Shown: positions 49,691 to 60,419 of the stretch, piece after piece
How positions within the stretch are numbered: the stretch's first letter is position 1
How the letters are laid out: every line of letters begins with the position of its first letter
Assembly (NCBI RefSeq): GCF_036971445.1
Contig: NC_091471.1
Coordinates: 349,618,001-349,682,000 of the forward strand
DNA length: 64,000 nt
From: Narcine bancroftii
Taxonomy: Eukaryota
Direction of reading: 5' to 3'
The notes under the pieces: model-generated
The model's database searches: none
The model's input: the letters and a program-made list of their open reading frames with translations, nothing else
Told to the model about the DNA's origin: nothing
Position numbers and translations under genes: made by a program

Positions 49691-52593
49691 ACCTGTTCCT
49701 GCCATGCAAACCCACACACAAGCCGCTGATGACGAGGCAGCCACTTAATTGCAGAGATTGTAGTTTGGCTGAAGCCCTTTGACCATCAACACTGCTGATG
49801 TCATCGCTGCCAACCCCCTTCTGGACCAGACTGCTGCATCTCATGGAGACATAAGGAAAGAACTCGTGAGCTAGAGGCACGAAAGTTGACTCCACTGGGA
49901 GGGATTGGGAACACAGCCTCAACATTCAGGGAAGTGGATTGAAGACAGATAAGGAGGAACTGCTTCTACTGGAATGGTTAATTAAGGTGGTGAGTGGGGG
50001 GAAAAGGTTGAGGACCACTGTTCTAGAGAGTAGTCAGTCTGTGAAATTCTCCGCCTGATGAAGGCTGCCTCGTTAAATGTATTTAAGAGATAGATTTTTG
50101 TGTTTGGGGGTTAATGGGGAACTGACCGCCTGTTCCTCTGTTCTCTTGTGTCCTCATTTTCATTAAGCCCACTTGTTTGGGTTCTGGTTAGAGTGCTTTG
50201 CCAGCTTGTTGCCAGAGCCAGTTCCGCAGGCTGTCATCTGACCTGTGGGCTTCTCCTTCCCTCTATAGTGCTCTTGACATCCCTTATTTTCCTCACCTCC
50301 CTCCTTTCCTGTGGCTCAGACCATCACACAAACCACTCTGTGTTCCCTCCATCAACTCCATCTATAACTTGGAAATGCAGCCAGTGTGATTAAAAAGATT
50401 AATCCCACACTGACCACACTCTTCTAACCACCCCCCACTACCTTCAGAAAGAAGATTTGAGTGATGGAGAGCGGCTGCCTTCTGGAACCACTGAGTGGCT
50501 GTGCTGAAGGGGCTCCCACAATGGGAGGTGTGAACGCATTTGCGTACACGGATTTGATCCAGTTATGTGACTTGCAGGTCATGGTGTCTAGACATCCGCC
50601 ACCCTCTGTGTAAAAATGTACCCCTGAAGTTTTCCATGAATTTTCCTCCCCTCCCCTCTGAAGCTTCTGAGGAAGCTGAGGCAAGACTGCACTTTCTAGC
50701 TGTGGCATGGACGAGGTTGGACCAGGTCAGGTTGTTGGGGGTGTTTACACTGAAGAACTTAAAGCTGTCGATGAGCTCCACCTCTGTGACATTGGTGTGG
50801 ACTGGGTAGTCAACCCCGACCCTTGTTCTGAAGTCTTCTGACCACTTCCTTTGCCTGACTGACGTTGAGGGAGAGGTCGCTGTTTTGACACCAAACCACT
50901 AGTCCCTCTGTCACCTGTCTACATTCCAACAGGATCCTGCCAATAACCATGGGGTCACCTGCAAATTTATAAATGGAACTGGAGTGGTGTTTGGCCGCAC
51001 AGTGATGGGTGTACAGGGAGTACAGTCAGGGGCTGAGGATGTAGCCTTGCAGGGCAGCACTGCTGAGGGTAATCATGGAAGAGGTGTTCTCACTGACTTT
51101 AGTGTGCAAGGCAGGAAGATATGGATCCTGTGGCAGGCCAAGGTCACAGTTTACTTTGGAGTTTACCTGATGCTGTTTCAACGAATACTCCCACCCTAAT
51201 CCTATATTAATCTGATTTTATTCTGGCCACCACTCATGGACACACCTGGAGCACTATTCAGCGGCTGGTTTATCTGCCAATCAGCCTGTCCTTGGGTGTG
51301 GGAAGTGTTCTGGGACAGAATCAAACCCAGGGCAAGGCAGCCACTCGTGGAGGAATATTGATGACGTTGGTGTGTGCGTGATTGATTGTGGGCTGGGGGA
51401 AGATAATCTCTGTTTACCTTTATCCAGTTAATCTATGCGAATTTGGAATTTGAATTGGACTTATGGACCTGAGCTCTGCACATGCCTGCAGAGAGGGCAG
51501 GGGGGAATGGGGGGGTTGGAGGGTGAGGGAAGGAACATGACCCTGTACAACACGTTATCCTTAACCCTCGTCCAACACCTTGACATTAACTGGGTAGGAC
51601 CAATGATTCATAGAAACGTAGGTGCAGAAGTAGGCCATTTGGAAACAACCTACCTTCGTCTAGTCTGTCTAATCCCTTAAGAATTAGAGTTTCACCACCA
51701 CCTCAAATGAGAAGGCTTTCAAGAAGGCCGTTTGGATCGAAGTCCATGCTGATACTGCAGAACCATCATAATCCCTCAGTGTCCTGCTCATTCTTTCCCC
51801 GAAAATATCCAGTCCCTTTCTGAAAACCAAACCCGCCCGCCCCCACCTCAGCCTTTTGGAGACTCAATCACTGGCTGCAGAAATTCTGTCACTTTTCTGG
51901 TAATTTTGACAACTCCCTTCGGCTTGGGACCTTAACTCTGTGCACAGCGCACAAACACACCCAGCACAGCACATGAACACACGCAGACACAGCGCACTAA
52001 CTTTGTGCTACCAAGAGCCCTTCCTCTCTGGTAAAAACACTATCTAAACCCTACAACATTTTAAATGGCTTTCTTGTGGATTCAACTTGCTAACTCATTC
52101 ATTTTGCTTGTGTCTGCGCGTGTGTAGGTTAGAACCATAGAGCAGAGGAACAGGCCCCTTCGGTCCTGCTAGTCTGTGCTGAACCTACTGACCTGTACCC
52201 AGTCCATAGCCCTCTATACCTCTCCCATCCATGTATCAATCCAAATTCCTCTTAAATGTTCAAATTGAGCCCACATTCACCACTTCAACTGGAAGCTTGT
52301 TACACACACCCACCACTCTCTTTTTTTTTTTTTTTTTTTTAAATTTTTTATTTTTCACACCATAAATCACAATAGCCATGATATACACTTTTTCTTTTCC
52401 ACACATTTACAGTGACTTTTTCTCCCTCCCCCCTCCCTCCTCCCAAGCCACCCCCCCATCCCTCCCCCCTCTCATCCATTTTAGTTATACAATCTAGGTT
52501 GCATTAATTCAGTTAGACAATGTTGTCATTCAACAAAAATACACCAGAAATTCTACTGAGTCCATTTTTTTCTTCTCTTCTCCTTCCATCAAC

Positions 52594-55500
52594 TTAGGTA
52601 ATGTTTGTTCCCGGTAGGTTTTCGCTATTGTATTTAATGTAAGGCTCCCATACTTGTTCGAATATTTCAATATTATTTCTTAAACTATATGTTATTTTTT
52701 CTAATGGAATACATTTATTCATTTCTATATACCATTGTTGTATTTTCAAATTATCTTCCAATTTCCAGGTTGACATAATACATTTTTTTGCTACAGCTAG
52801 GGCTATCTTAACAAATCTTTTTTGTGCATCCTCCAAGTCAATTCCAAATTCTTTATTTTTTATGTTACTTAGGAGAAAGATCTCTGGATTCTTTGGTATA
52901 TTGTTTTCTGTTATTTTATTTAATATCTGATTGAGATCATCCCAAAATTTTTCTACTCTCTCACATGTCCAGATTGCATGAATTGTTGTTCCCCTTTCTT
53001 TTTTACATCGAAAACATCTATCAGATACTGTTGGGTCCCATTTATTTAACTTTTGCGGTGTAATGTATAGTCTGTGTAACCAATTATATTGTATCATACG
53101 CAGCCTCGCATTTATTGTATTTCTCATCGTTCCAGAGCATAACTTCTCCCATGTTTCCTTTTTTATCTTTATATTTAAATCTTGTTCCCATTTTTGTTTA
53201 GTTTTACCATTTGTTTCCTCATTTTCCTTTTCTTGCAGTTTAATATACATATTTTTTATAAATCTTTTGATTAACATTGTATCTGTAATCACATATTCAA
53301 GGTTACTTCCCTCTGGTAAACTCAAGTTGCTTCCTAATTTATCTTTCAAGTAGGATCTCAGTTGGTAATATGCCAGCGCTGTATCTCCCGTTATATTGTA
53401 CTTATCTCTCATTTGTTCAAAGGATAAGAATCTACTTCCTGAAAAACAATTTTCTATTCTTTTAATCCCTTTTTTTTCCCATTTTCTAAAGGCAAGGTTG
53501 TCTATTGTAAAAGGGAGTAGCTTATTTTGCGTCAATATTAGTTTTGGTATTTGGTAATTTATTTTATTTCTTTCTACATGAATCTTCTTCCATATATTGA
53601 GGAGATGGTGTAATACTGGAGAAGTTCTATGTTGTACCAATTTTTCGTCCCATTTATATAATATGTGTTCAGGTATCTTTTCCCCTATTTTATCTAATTC
53701 TAGTCTCGTCCAGTCTGGTTTTTCCCTTGTTTGATAAAAATCTGATAGGTACCTTAATTGTGCGGCTCTATAATAATTTTTGAAGTTTGGCAATTGTAAG
53801 CCTCCTTGTTTATACCATTCTGTTAATTTGTCTAGTGCTATCCTCGGTTTCCCCCCTCTCCATAAAAATCTCCTTATTATTTTCTTTAACTCTTTGAAGA
53901 ATTTTTCTGTCAGTTGTATTGGCAATGCCTGAAATAAGTATAGTATCCTTGGAAAAATGTTCATTTTAATACAGTTTATCCTTCCTATCAGTGTTAGTGG
54001 TAGCTCTTTCCAATGCTCTAAATCGTCCTGTAATTTTTTCATTAGTGGATTGTAATTGAGTTTATATAATTGGCCTAGATTTTTGTTTATTTGCACACCT
54101 AGGTATCTTATTGCCTGCGTTTGCCATCTGAATGGGGATTCCTCCTTAAATTTTGAGAAATCCGCGTTATTCATAGGCATTGCTTCACTTTTATTTACGT
54201 TTATCTTGTATCCCGACACTTCTCCATATTCCTTCAATTTCTTATATAGTTCTTTTATTGATAGTTCTGGTTCTGTTAAGTACACTATCACATCATCCGC
54301 AAACAGACTGATTTTATATTCCCTGTCTTTTATTTTTATTCCTTTTATATTATTATCTCTTCTTATCGATTCTGCTAGTGGTTCTATAGCTAGCGCAAAC
54401 AATAATGGTGATAGTGGGCATCCCTGCCGCGTTGACCTGCTTAAGTTAAATTGCTTTGATACATGTCCATTTACTGTCACTTTCGCTAACGGTCCCTTAT
54501 ATAATGCTTTAATCCAATTAATATACTTCTCCGGTAAACTGAATTTTTGCAATACTTTGAACAAGTAATTCCATTCTACTCTGTCGAAGGCCTTCTCTGC
54601 GTCTAAAGCAACTGCTACTGCCGGTGCTTTATTTCCTTCTACTGCATGAATTAAGTTAATAAATTTACAAATATTGTCTGTTGTGCGTCTTTTTTTGATA
54701 AATCCAGTTTGGTCTAAATTTACCATTTTCGGTACCTGTTCTGCTAATCTGTTCGCTAATAGTTTAGCTATTATCTTATAATCTATGTTTAGCAGAGATA
54801 TTGGTCTATATGACGCTGGTGAGAGTGGATCTTTCCCTTGTTTTAGTATCACTGTAATTATTGCTGTTTTACATGAATCTGGTAAGTTTTGTGTCTCATC
54901 AATCTGGTTGATTACATCCAGGAGGGGCGGTATTATTAGGTCTTTAAATGTTTTGTAGAATTCTATTGGGAGTCCATCCTCTCCTGGTGTCTTATTATTT
55001 GGTAAATTTTTTATTATCTCTTGTATTTCTACTGTTCCAAATGGTTCTGTTAATTTATTTTGTTCCTCTATTTGTAGTTTTGGTAGTTCAATTTTAGTCA
55101 AAAATTCATCTATTTTCCCTTCTTTCCCTTCGTTTTCGGTTCGGTATAATTGTTCATAGAATTCTCTGAAGTTTTCCTTAATTTCTTTTGGATTATATGT
55201 AATTTGTTTGTCTTTTTTCCTTGTTGCCAATACCATTTTCTTAGTTTGCTCTGTCTTAAGCTGCCATGCTAGGATTTTGTGTGTTTTTTCCCCTAGTTCA
55301 TAATATTTCTGTTTTGTCTTCATTATATTCTTCTCCACCTTATATGTTTGTAATGTTTCATATTTTATTTTTTTATCCGCCAATTCTCTTCTTTTGGTTG
55401 TATCTTCCTTTATTGCTAATTTTTTTTCTATGTTTATTATTTCCCTTTCCAACTGCTCTGTTTCCTGATTATAGTCCTTCTTCATCTTGGTTGCATAACT

Positions 55501-56391
55501 TATTATTTGCCCTCTAATGAATGCTTTCATTGCGTCCCATAGTATAAACTTATCTTCCACTGATTCCGTATTTACTTCAAAGTACATTTTTAATTGTTTT
55601 TCAATAAATTCTCTAAAATCCTGTCTTTTAAGTAGCATGGGGTTTAATCTCCATCTATACATTCTTGGAGGGATGTCTTCTAGCTCTATTGCCAATAACA
55701 GGGGTGAGTGGTCCGATAATAGTCTAGCTTTATATTCCGTTTTCCTAACTCTCCCTTGTATGTGGGCTGATAACAGGAATAGGTCTATCCTTGAGTATGT
55801 TTTATGTCTAGTCGAGTAGTATGAGTATTCCTTTTCTTTTGGGTTTTGTTTCCTCCATATGTCCACAAGTTTCATTTCTTGCATTGATTTAATTATAAAT
55901 TTGGTTACTTTGTTCTTCCTGTTAATTTTTTTCCCCGTTTTATCCATATTTGGATCCAAATTCAGATTGAAATCCCCTCCTATTAGTATGTTCCCTTGCG
56001 TATTAGCTACCTTCAAAAAGATATCTTGCATAAACTTTTGATCTTCTTCGTTAGGTGAATATATATTAAGTAGATTCCAAAGCTCTGAATATATCTGACA
56101 TTTTATCATAACATATCTCCCTGCTGGATCTATTATTTCCTCTTCTATTTTAAATGGCACATTTTTGCTAATTAATATAGCCACTCCTCTTGCTTTTGAA
56201 TTATACGATGCTGCTGTTACATGTCCTACCCAATCTCTCTTTAATTTCTTGTGCTCCAATTCAGTTAAATGTGTTTCTTGGACAAATGCTATATCTATTT
56301 TTTCCTTTTTCAGTAAATTTAGTAGTTTCTTCCTTTTAATTTGGTTATGTATTCCATTAATATTTAGAGTCATATAGTTCAGCGTAGCCAT
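52594..56391 (-). CDS. L1 ORF2p, 1265 aa: APE endonuclease, reverse transcriptase and CCHC zinc knuckle
   Basis: EN motifs NING, QETH, GDFN, SRID, SDH. RT motifs PGEDG, YRPISLLN, DAEKAFD, RQGCPLSP, FADD, YLGV. C-terminal CFRC..H...C. Confidence 0.97.
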   Translation of the reverse strand: MATLNYMTLNINGIHNQIKRKKLLNLLKKEKIDIAFVQETHLTELEHKKLKRDWVGHVTAASYNSKARGVAILISKNVPFKIEEEIIDPAGRYVMIKCQIYSELWNLLNIYSPNEEDQKFMQDIFLKVANTQGNILIGGDFNLNLDPNMDKTGKKINRKNKVTKFIIKSMQEMKLVDIWRKQNPKEKEYSYYSTRHKTYSRIDLFLLSAHIQGRVRKTEYKARLLSDHSPLLLAIELEDIPPRMYRWRLNPMLLKRQDFREFIEKQLKMYFEVNTESVEDKFILWDAMKAFIRGQIISYATKMKKDYNQETEQLEREIINIEKKLAIKEDTTKRRELADKKIKYETLQTYKVEKNIMKTKQKYYELGEKTHKILAWQLKTEQTKKMVLATRKKDKQITYNPKEIKENFREFYEQLYRTENEGKEGKIDEFLTKIELPKLQIEEQNKLTEPFGTVEIQEIIKNLPNNKTPGEDGLPIEFYKTFKDLIIPPLLDVINQIDETQNLPDSCKTAIITVILKQGKDPLSPASYRPISLLNIDYKIIAKLLANRLAEQVPKMVNLDQTGFIKKRRTTDNICKFINLIHAVEGNKAPAVAVALDAEKAFDRVEWNYLFKVLQKFSLPEKYINWIKALYKGPLAKVTVNGHVSKQFNLSRSTRQGCPLSPLLFALAIEPLAESIRRDNNIKGIKIKDREYKISLFADDVIVYLTEPELSIKELYKKLKEYGEVSGYKINVNKSEAMPMNNADFSKFKEESPFRWQTQAIRYLGVQINKNLGQLYKLNYNPLMKKLQDDLEHWKELPLTLIGRINCIKMNIFPRILYLFQALPIQLTEKFFKELKKIIRRFLWRGGKPRIALDKLTEWYKQGGLQLPNFKNYYRAAQLRYLSDFYQTREKPDWTRLELDKIGEKIPEHILYKWDEKLVQHRTSPVLHHLLNIWKKIHVERNKINYQIPKLILTQNKLLPFTIDNLAFRKWEKKGIKRIENCFSGSRFLSFEQMRDKYNITGDTALAYYQLRSYLKDKLGSNLSLPEGSNLEYVITDTMLIKRFIKNMYIKLQEKENEETNGKTKQKWEQDLNIKIKKETWEKLCSGTMRNTINARLRMIQYNWLHRLYITPQKLNKWDPTVSDRCFRCKKERGTTIHAIWTCERVEKFWDDLNQILNKITENNIPKNPEIFLLSNIKNKEFGIDLEDAQKRFVKIALAVAKKCIMSTWKLEDNLKIQQWYIEMNKCIPLEKITYSLRNNIEIFEQVWEPYIKYNSENLPGTNIT

Positions 56392-56991
56392 TTTATATTT
56401 TGTTTATCTTCTCTTTCCGTTTTTCCATCATTACCTTTCCTCCTTTTCCATTTCTGTTTTCTTATTTTCAACTCTTTACCAGACAACATTCCTACAACAT
56501 CCAACATTTTCCTTATTCTCCTATTTCTATCTTCTTTATCCCCAATCTCCCCTTCCCCTCCTGAGTTGCCCTTTATCCCTTGTCGGACAACCACATCTCC
56601 CCTCTCCATTTGGATTTGCGAATCCACTCGCAAGCGTCAACTGATTTTGCAGTGACCGCTCTTTTCCCCCCACCCAGCCCCCCCCAGAAAAGATTTCGTT
56701 TTTTATACGTCACAAAGGTCACTCTTTTAGTTCCCTCCTTATTCTCTCTATTCCATTACCTTCCCTTATTAATTCTTGTCTATACTCTCTATGTTTTCCT
56801 CTAATTACAGATACTTTCACATATGCCCATTGTCTCTATTCACTCTTATACCTCTTTACCCGCATACATATCAATCGTGGTCATTTTTACCCTCCTTACC
56901 CGTCTTCATCCCTCAGTCTATTTTTGTCTTTACCCACATACATATCAATCGTGATAATTTTTGCTCTCATTACCCGTCTTCATCCCTCAGT

Positions 56992-58221
56992 CTATTTTTG
57001 TAATTGTTCTGCAAATTTTCGTGCTTCTTCTGGATCCGAGAATAGTCTGTTTTGTTGTCCTGGAATAAATATTTTCAATACCGCAGGATGCTTCAGTGTA
57101 AATTTATATCCTTTCTTCCATAAAATCGCTTTTGCTGCATTGAACTCTTTTCTCTTCTTTAGGAGTTCAAAGCTTATATCTGGATAAATGAAGATTTTTT
57201 GCCCTTTATACTCCAGTGGTTTGTTGCCCTCTCTTACTTTTTCCATTGTCTTCTCAAGTACCTTTTCTCTTGTAGTATATCTTAGGAATTTTACTACAAT
57301 AGATCTTGGTTTTTGTTGTGGTTGTGGTTTAGGGGCCAATGCTCTATGTGCCCTTTCTATTTCCATTTCTTGCTGTAGTTCTGGACATCCTAGGGCCTTA
57401 GGGATCCATTCTTTTATAAACTCCCTCATATTCTTGCCTTCTACATCTTCCTTAAGGCCCACTATCTTTATGTTATTTCTTCTGTTATAATTTTCCATTA
57501 TATCTATTTTTTGGGCTAGTAATTCTTGTGTCTCTTTAGTTTTTTTATTAGATTCCTCCAATTTCTTTTTTAAGTCTTCTACCTCCATTTCTGCTGCTAT
57601 TGCCCGTTCTTCCATCTTGTCCATTTTTTTCCCCATTTCTGTTAAGGTCATATCCATTTTATTTATTTTCTTTTCTGTGTTGTCTATTCTTCTTCTTAAA
57701 TCATTGAATTCCTGTGTTTGCCATTCTTTAAATGACTCCATGTATCCTCTAACAAGAGCAAGTACCTCCTTTACCTTGCCTATCTTTTCTTCTTCTATTT
57801 CCCTGTACTCTTCCTCTTCCTCTTCTTCTTCCTCTAGGTTGACCATCTGTTGTTTCTTTGCTGCCCTTTCCTCCTCTTCTTTCTTGTTTCTATTGTCTTC
57901 TGTGGTCTCTTCTTGCTGCAGGTGTTCTGCAGCTGTCGTTGCCGGCTGTGGAGATCGACTCCCCAGCTGGTCCCCCCTCCCGTCGGTGTGTTTTTTTTCA
58001 TGCGCATCGCGCATGCGCGAGGAGTCGCGCATGCGCGGTTGCGCACTTTTACTCGGCTCTGTGAGCCATTGTTGTAGTTCTCTTTCTACCGACCTGAGGT
58101 AGTGGGGTCTTCTCTCCACAGCGGGCCTCTTCGGACAGGTAAGGCCTTCACCTTTTTCCTCCGTTGTCTTCTCTTCCTCTCTTCTTTCCGTTGATTTTGA
58201 TTTTTCTCCTTTTGTCTCCAT
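56992..58221 (-). CDS. L1 ORF1p (coiled coil, RRM and CTD; Transposase_22-like), up to 409 aa
   Basis: 'ENYNRRNNIKIVGLKE', 'EIERAHR', 'PRSIVVKF' and 'IFIYPDIS' are L1 ORF1 hallmarks. The true start codon is uncertain. Confidence 0.92.
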   Translation of the reverse strand: METKGEKSKSTERREEEKTTEEKGEGLTCPKRPAVERRPHYLRSVERELQQWLTEPSKSAQPRMRDSSRMRDAHEKKHTDGRGDQLGSRSPQPATTAAEHLQQEETTEDNRNKKEEEERAAKKQQMVNLEEEEEEEEEYREIEEEKIGKVKEVLALVRGYMESFKEWQTQEFNDLRRRIDNTEKKINKMDMTLTEMGKKMDKMEERAIAAEMEVEDLKKKLEESNKKTKETQELLAQKIDIMENYNRRNNIKIVGLKEDVEGKNMREFIKEWIPKALGCPELQQEMEIERAHRALAPKPQPQQKPRSIVVKFLRYTTREKVLEKTMEKVREGNKPLEYKGQKIFIYPDISFELLKKRKEFNAAKAILWKKGYKFTLKHPAVLKIFIPGQQNRLFSDPEEARKFAEQLQK

Positions 58222-58715
58222 CTTCTTTCCACCTTTATATTCACTTTTCTTTAACTTGTATTTCTGTGCCTTTGTATTTTCTCTTGTTTTTCCCGACTTT
58301 TCTGGAGAGGGCTGGAGTTCACCGTCCGGCCACTACTCCATCACGTGACTCCTCTCTCACACCCACCACTCTCTGTGTGAAAATGTTCCCCCTCACGTTC
58401 CCCCTAAACTTTTCACCTTTCACTCTTAACCCATGTCCTCTGGTTTGTATCTCACCTACCTTCAGTGGAAAAAGCCTATCTATATTTACTCAGTTTATCA
58501 AATCTCCCCTCATTCTTCTAAGCTCCAGGGAATAGTCCTAACCTGTTTAACCTTTCCCTGTAACTCAGTTCATGAAGTCGGGCAACCTCCTAGTAAAGCT
58601 TCTCTGTACTCTTTCAATCTTATTGATATCTTTCCTGTAGTTCGGTGACCAAAACTGCACACAATACTCCAGATTTGTCCTCACCAATATCTCATACAAC
58701 TTTAACATAACATTT

Positions 58716-59980
58716 TAGATCCAGCAGGGAGGTATGTAATGATAAAGTGTCAGATATATTCAGAATTTTGGAATTTGCTCAATGTATATGCATCCAATAA
58801 AGAGGATCAAAAATTTATGCAAGATATGTTTTTGAAGATTGCAGATACGCAGGGGAATATACTGATAGAAGGGGACTTTAACCTTAATTTGGACTCAAAG
58901 ATGTACAAAACTGGACAAAAGACTAGCAGAAAGAACAAAGTAACCAAATTTATGGTTAAATCGATCCAGGAAATGCAACTTTTGGATATATGGAGGAGAC
59001 AACACCCAAAGGAGAAGGAATACTCATATTATTCGGGTAGACATAAAACATACTCAAGGATAGACCTGTTCCTGTTGACAGCCCACATCCAAGGGAGAGT
59101 TAGAAAAACGGAATATAGAGCTAGATTGTTATCGGATCACTCACCCCTGTTATTAGCAATAGAGCTGGAGGACATCCCACCAAGAACGTATAGATGGAGA
59201 TTAAACTCCATGCTACTTAAAAGACAGGATTTTAGAGAATTCATTGAGCGCCAAATTAAAATGTACTTTGAAATAAATACGGAATCAGTGAAAGATAAGT
59301 TTATACTATGGGATGTAATGAAAGCCTTCATCAGAGGGCAGATAATAAGCTATGTAACTAAGATGAAGAAGGACTACAATCGGGAAATAGAACAACTGGA
59401 AAGGGAAATAGCAAGTACAGAAAAAGAATGAGCAACAAGGGAAGATACAACAAAAAGAAGAGAATTGGCGGACAAAAAATAAAATATCAAACACTACAAT
59501 CATACAAGGTGGAGAAGAACATAATGAAGACAAAACAGAAGCATTATGAGCTAGGAGAAAAAACACACAAAATACTAGCTTGGCAGCTTAAGACAGAACA
59601 AACTAAAAGAATGGTATTGGCATCATGGAAAAAGGACAAACAAATTACATATAACCCAACGGAGATCAATGAAAACTTCAAGGAATTCTACGAGCAATTA
59701 TATCGAACTGAGAACGAAGGGAAAGAAGACAAAATAGATGAATTTCTAGCTAAAATTGAACTACTGAAATTGCAAGAAGAGGAGCAAAACAAATTAATAA
59801 AATCATTTGAAATAGAGGAAATACAGGATATATTTTAAAAAATCTACTGAACAATAAAACGCCAGGAGAGGACGGACTCCCAATAGAATTCTAAAAAACA
59901 TTTAAAGACTTATTAATTCCTCCTCTCCTGGAAGTAATGAACCAGATTGAAGAAACACAAAACATGCCAGATTCATGCAA
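58716..59980 (+). mobile_element. Internal L1 ORF2 fragment (EN to the start of RT) of the same family, decayed, flanked by the 12-bp TSD AACATAACATTT
   Basis: ORFs 58739..59431 and 59428..59838 are highly similar to the intact ORF2 but carry a frameshift and stops. Direct repeats lie at 58704-58715 and 59981-59992. Confidence 0.9.
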
Positions 59981-60419
59981 AACATAACATTTCAACTCCT
60001 ATACTCAAGGATCTCGAATCTCCATTGCCTTTCCTTCCTTTTCCAAATGACGAGTTTACAATGTGCATCAAAATTCTTACTTGCTGCAGAAACACCTGTA
60101 ATAGTAAAGTAACTGAATTAATTTAAAAGTTCCAATAATGCACAAAAGATATAAATATTCACAGTAATCGTAGTGCAAAGAAAAGAACTTTGCAGAAGTG
60201 CAGACAGACTTTTTGTGGTGTTGGAGCAGTCCCTGGTCAGTGTAACAAGGAAGGGTTCAAGAGCCTGATGGATGTTGGAAAGAAACTGTTCCTGAACTAA
60301 GTGGTGCTGGTCTTAAGGCTTCTGAACCTGGTGTCCGAAGATAGCAGTGAGAGGAGGTTATGACCAGGGTGATGGGGGTCCTTTATGATGTTGGCTGCCT
60401 TCTTGAGACAGCAATAACA

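Larger units (their letters stand above)
52321..58357 (-). mobile_element. Full-length L1-clade non-LTR retrotransposon (about 6.04 kb), antisense in SLC25A10 intron 1
   Basis: A 20-nt poly(A) tail (T20 at 52321-52340) follows AATAAA (52347-52352). Identical 16-bp TSD CACACCCACCACTCTC at 52305-52320 and 58358-58373. Both ORFs are uninterrupted. Confidence 0.96.
52130..60010 (-). mobile_element. CR1 3' fragment (pieces at 52130-52320, 58358-58715 and 59981-60010) that hosts both L1 insertions
   Basis: After removing the two L1 insertions and one copy of each TSD, the sequence reads as a continuous CR1 3' end like those at 8345-8790 and 22690-23190. Confidence 0.8.

Noticed and set aside
53063-58102. 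Plus-strand ORFs antisense to the L1 (ORF0-like candidates)
   Set aside because: They are Phe/Leu/Ser-rich shadows of the A-rich coding strand, mostly with non-ATG starts, and have no independent support.
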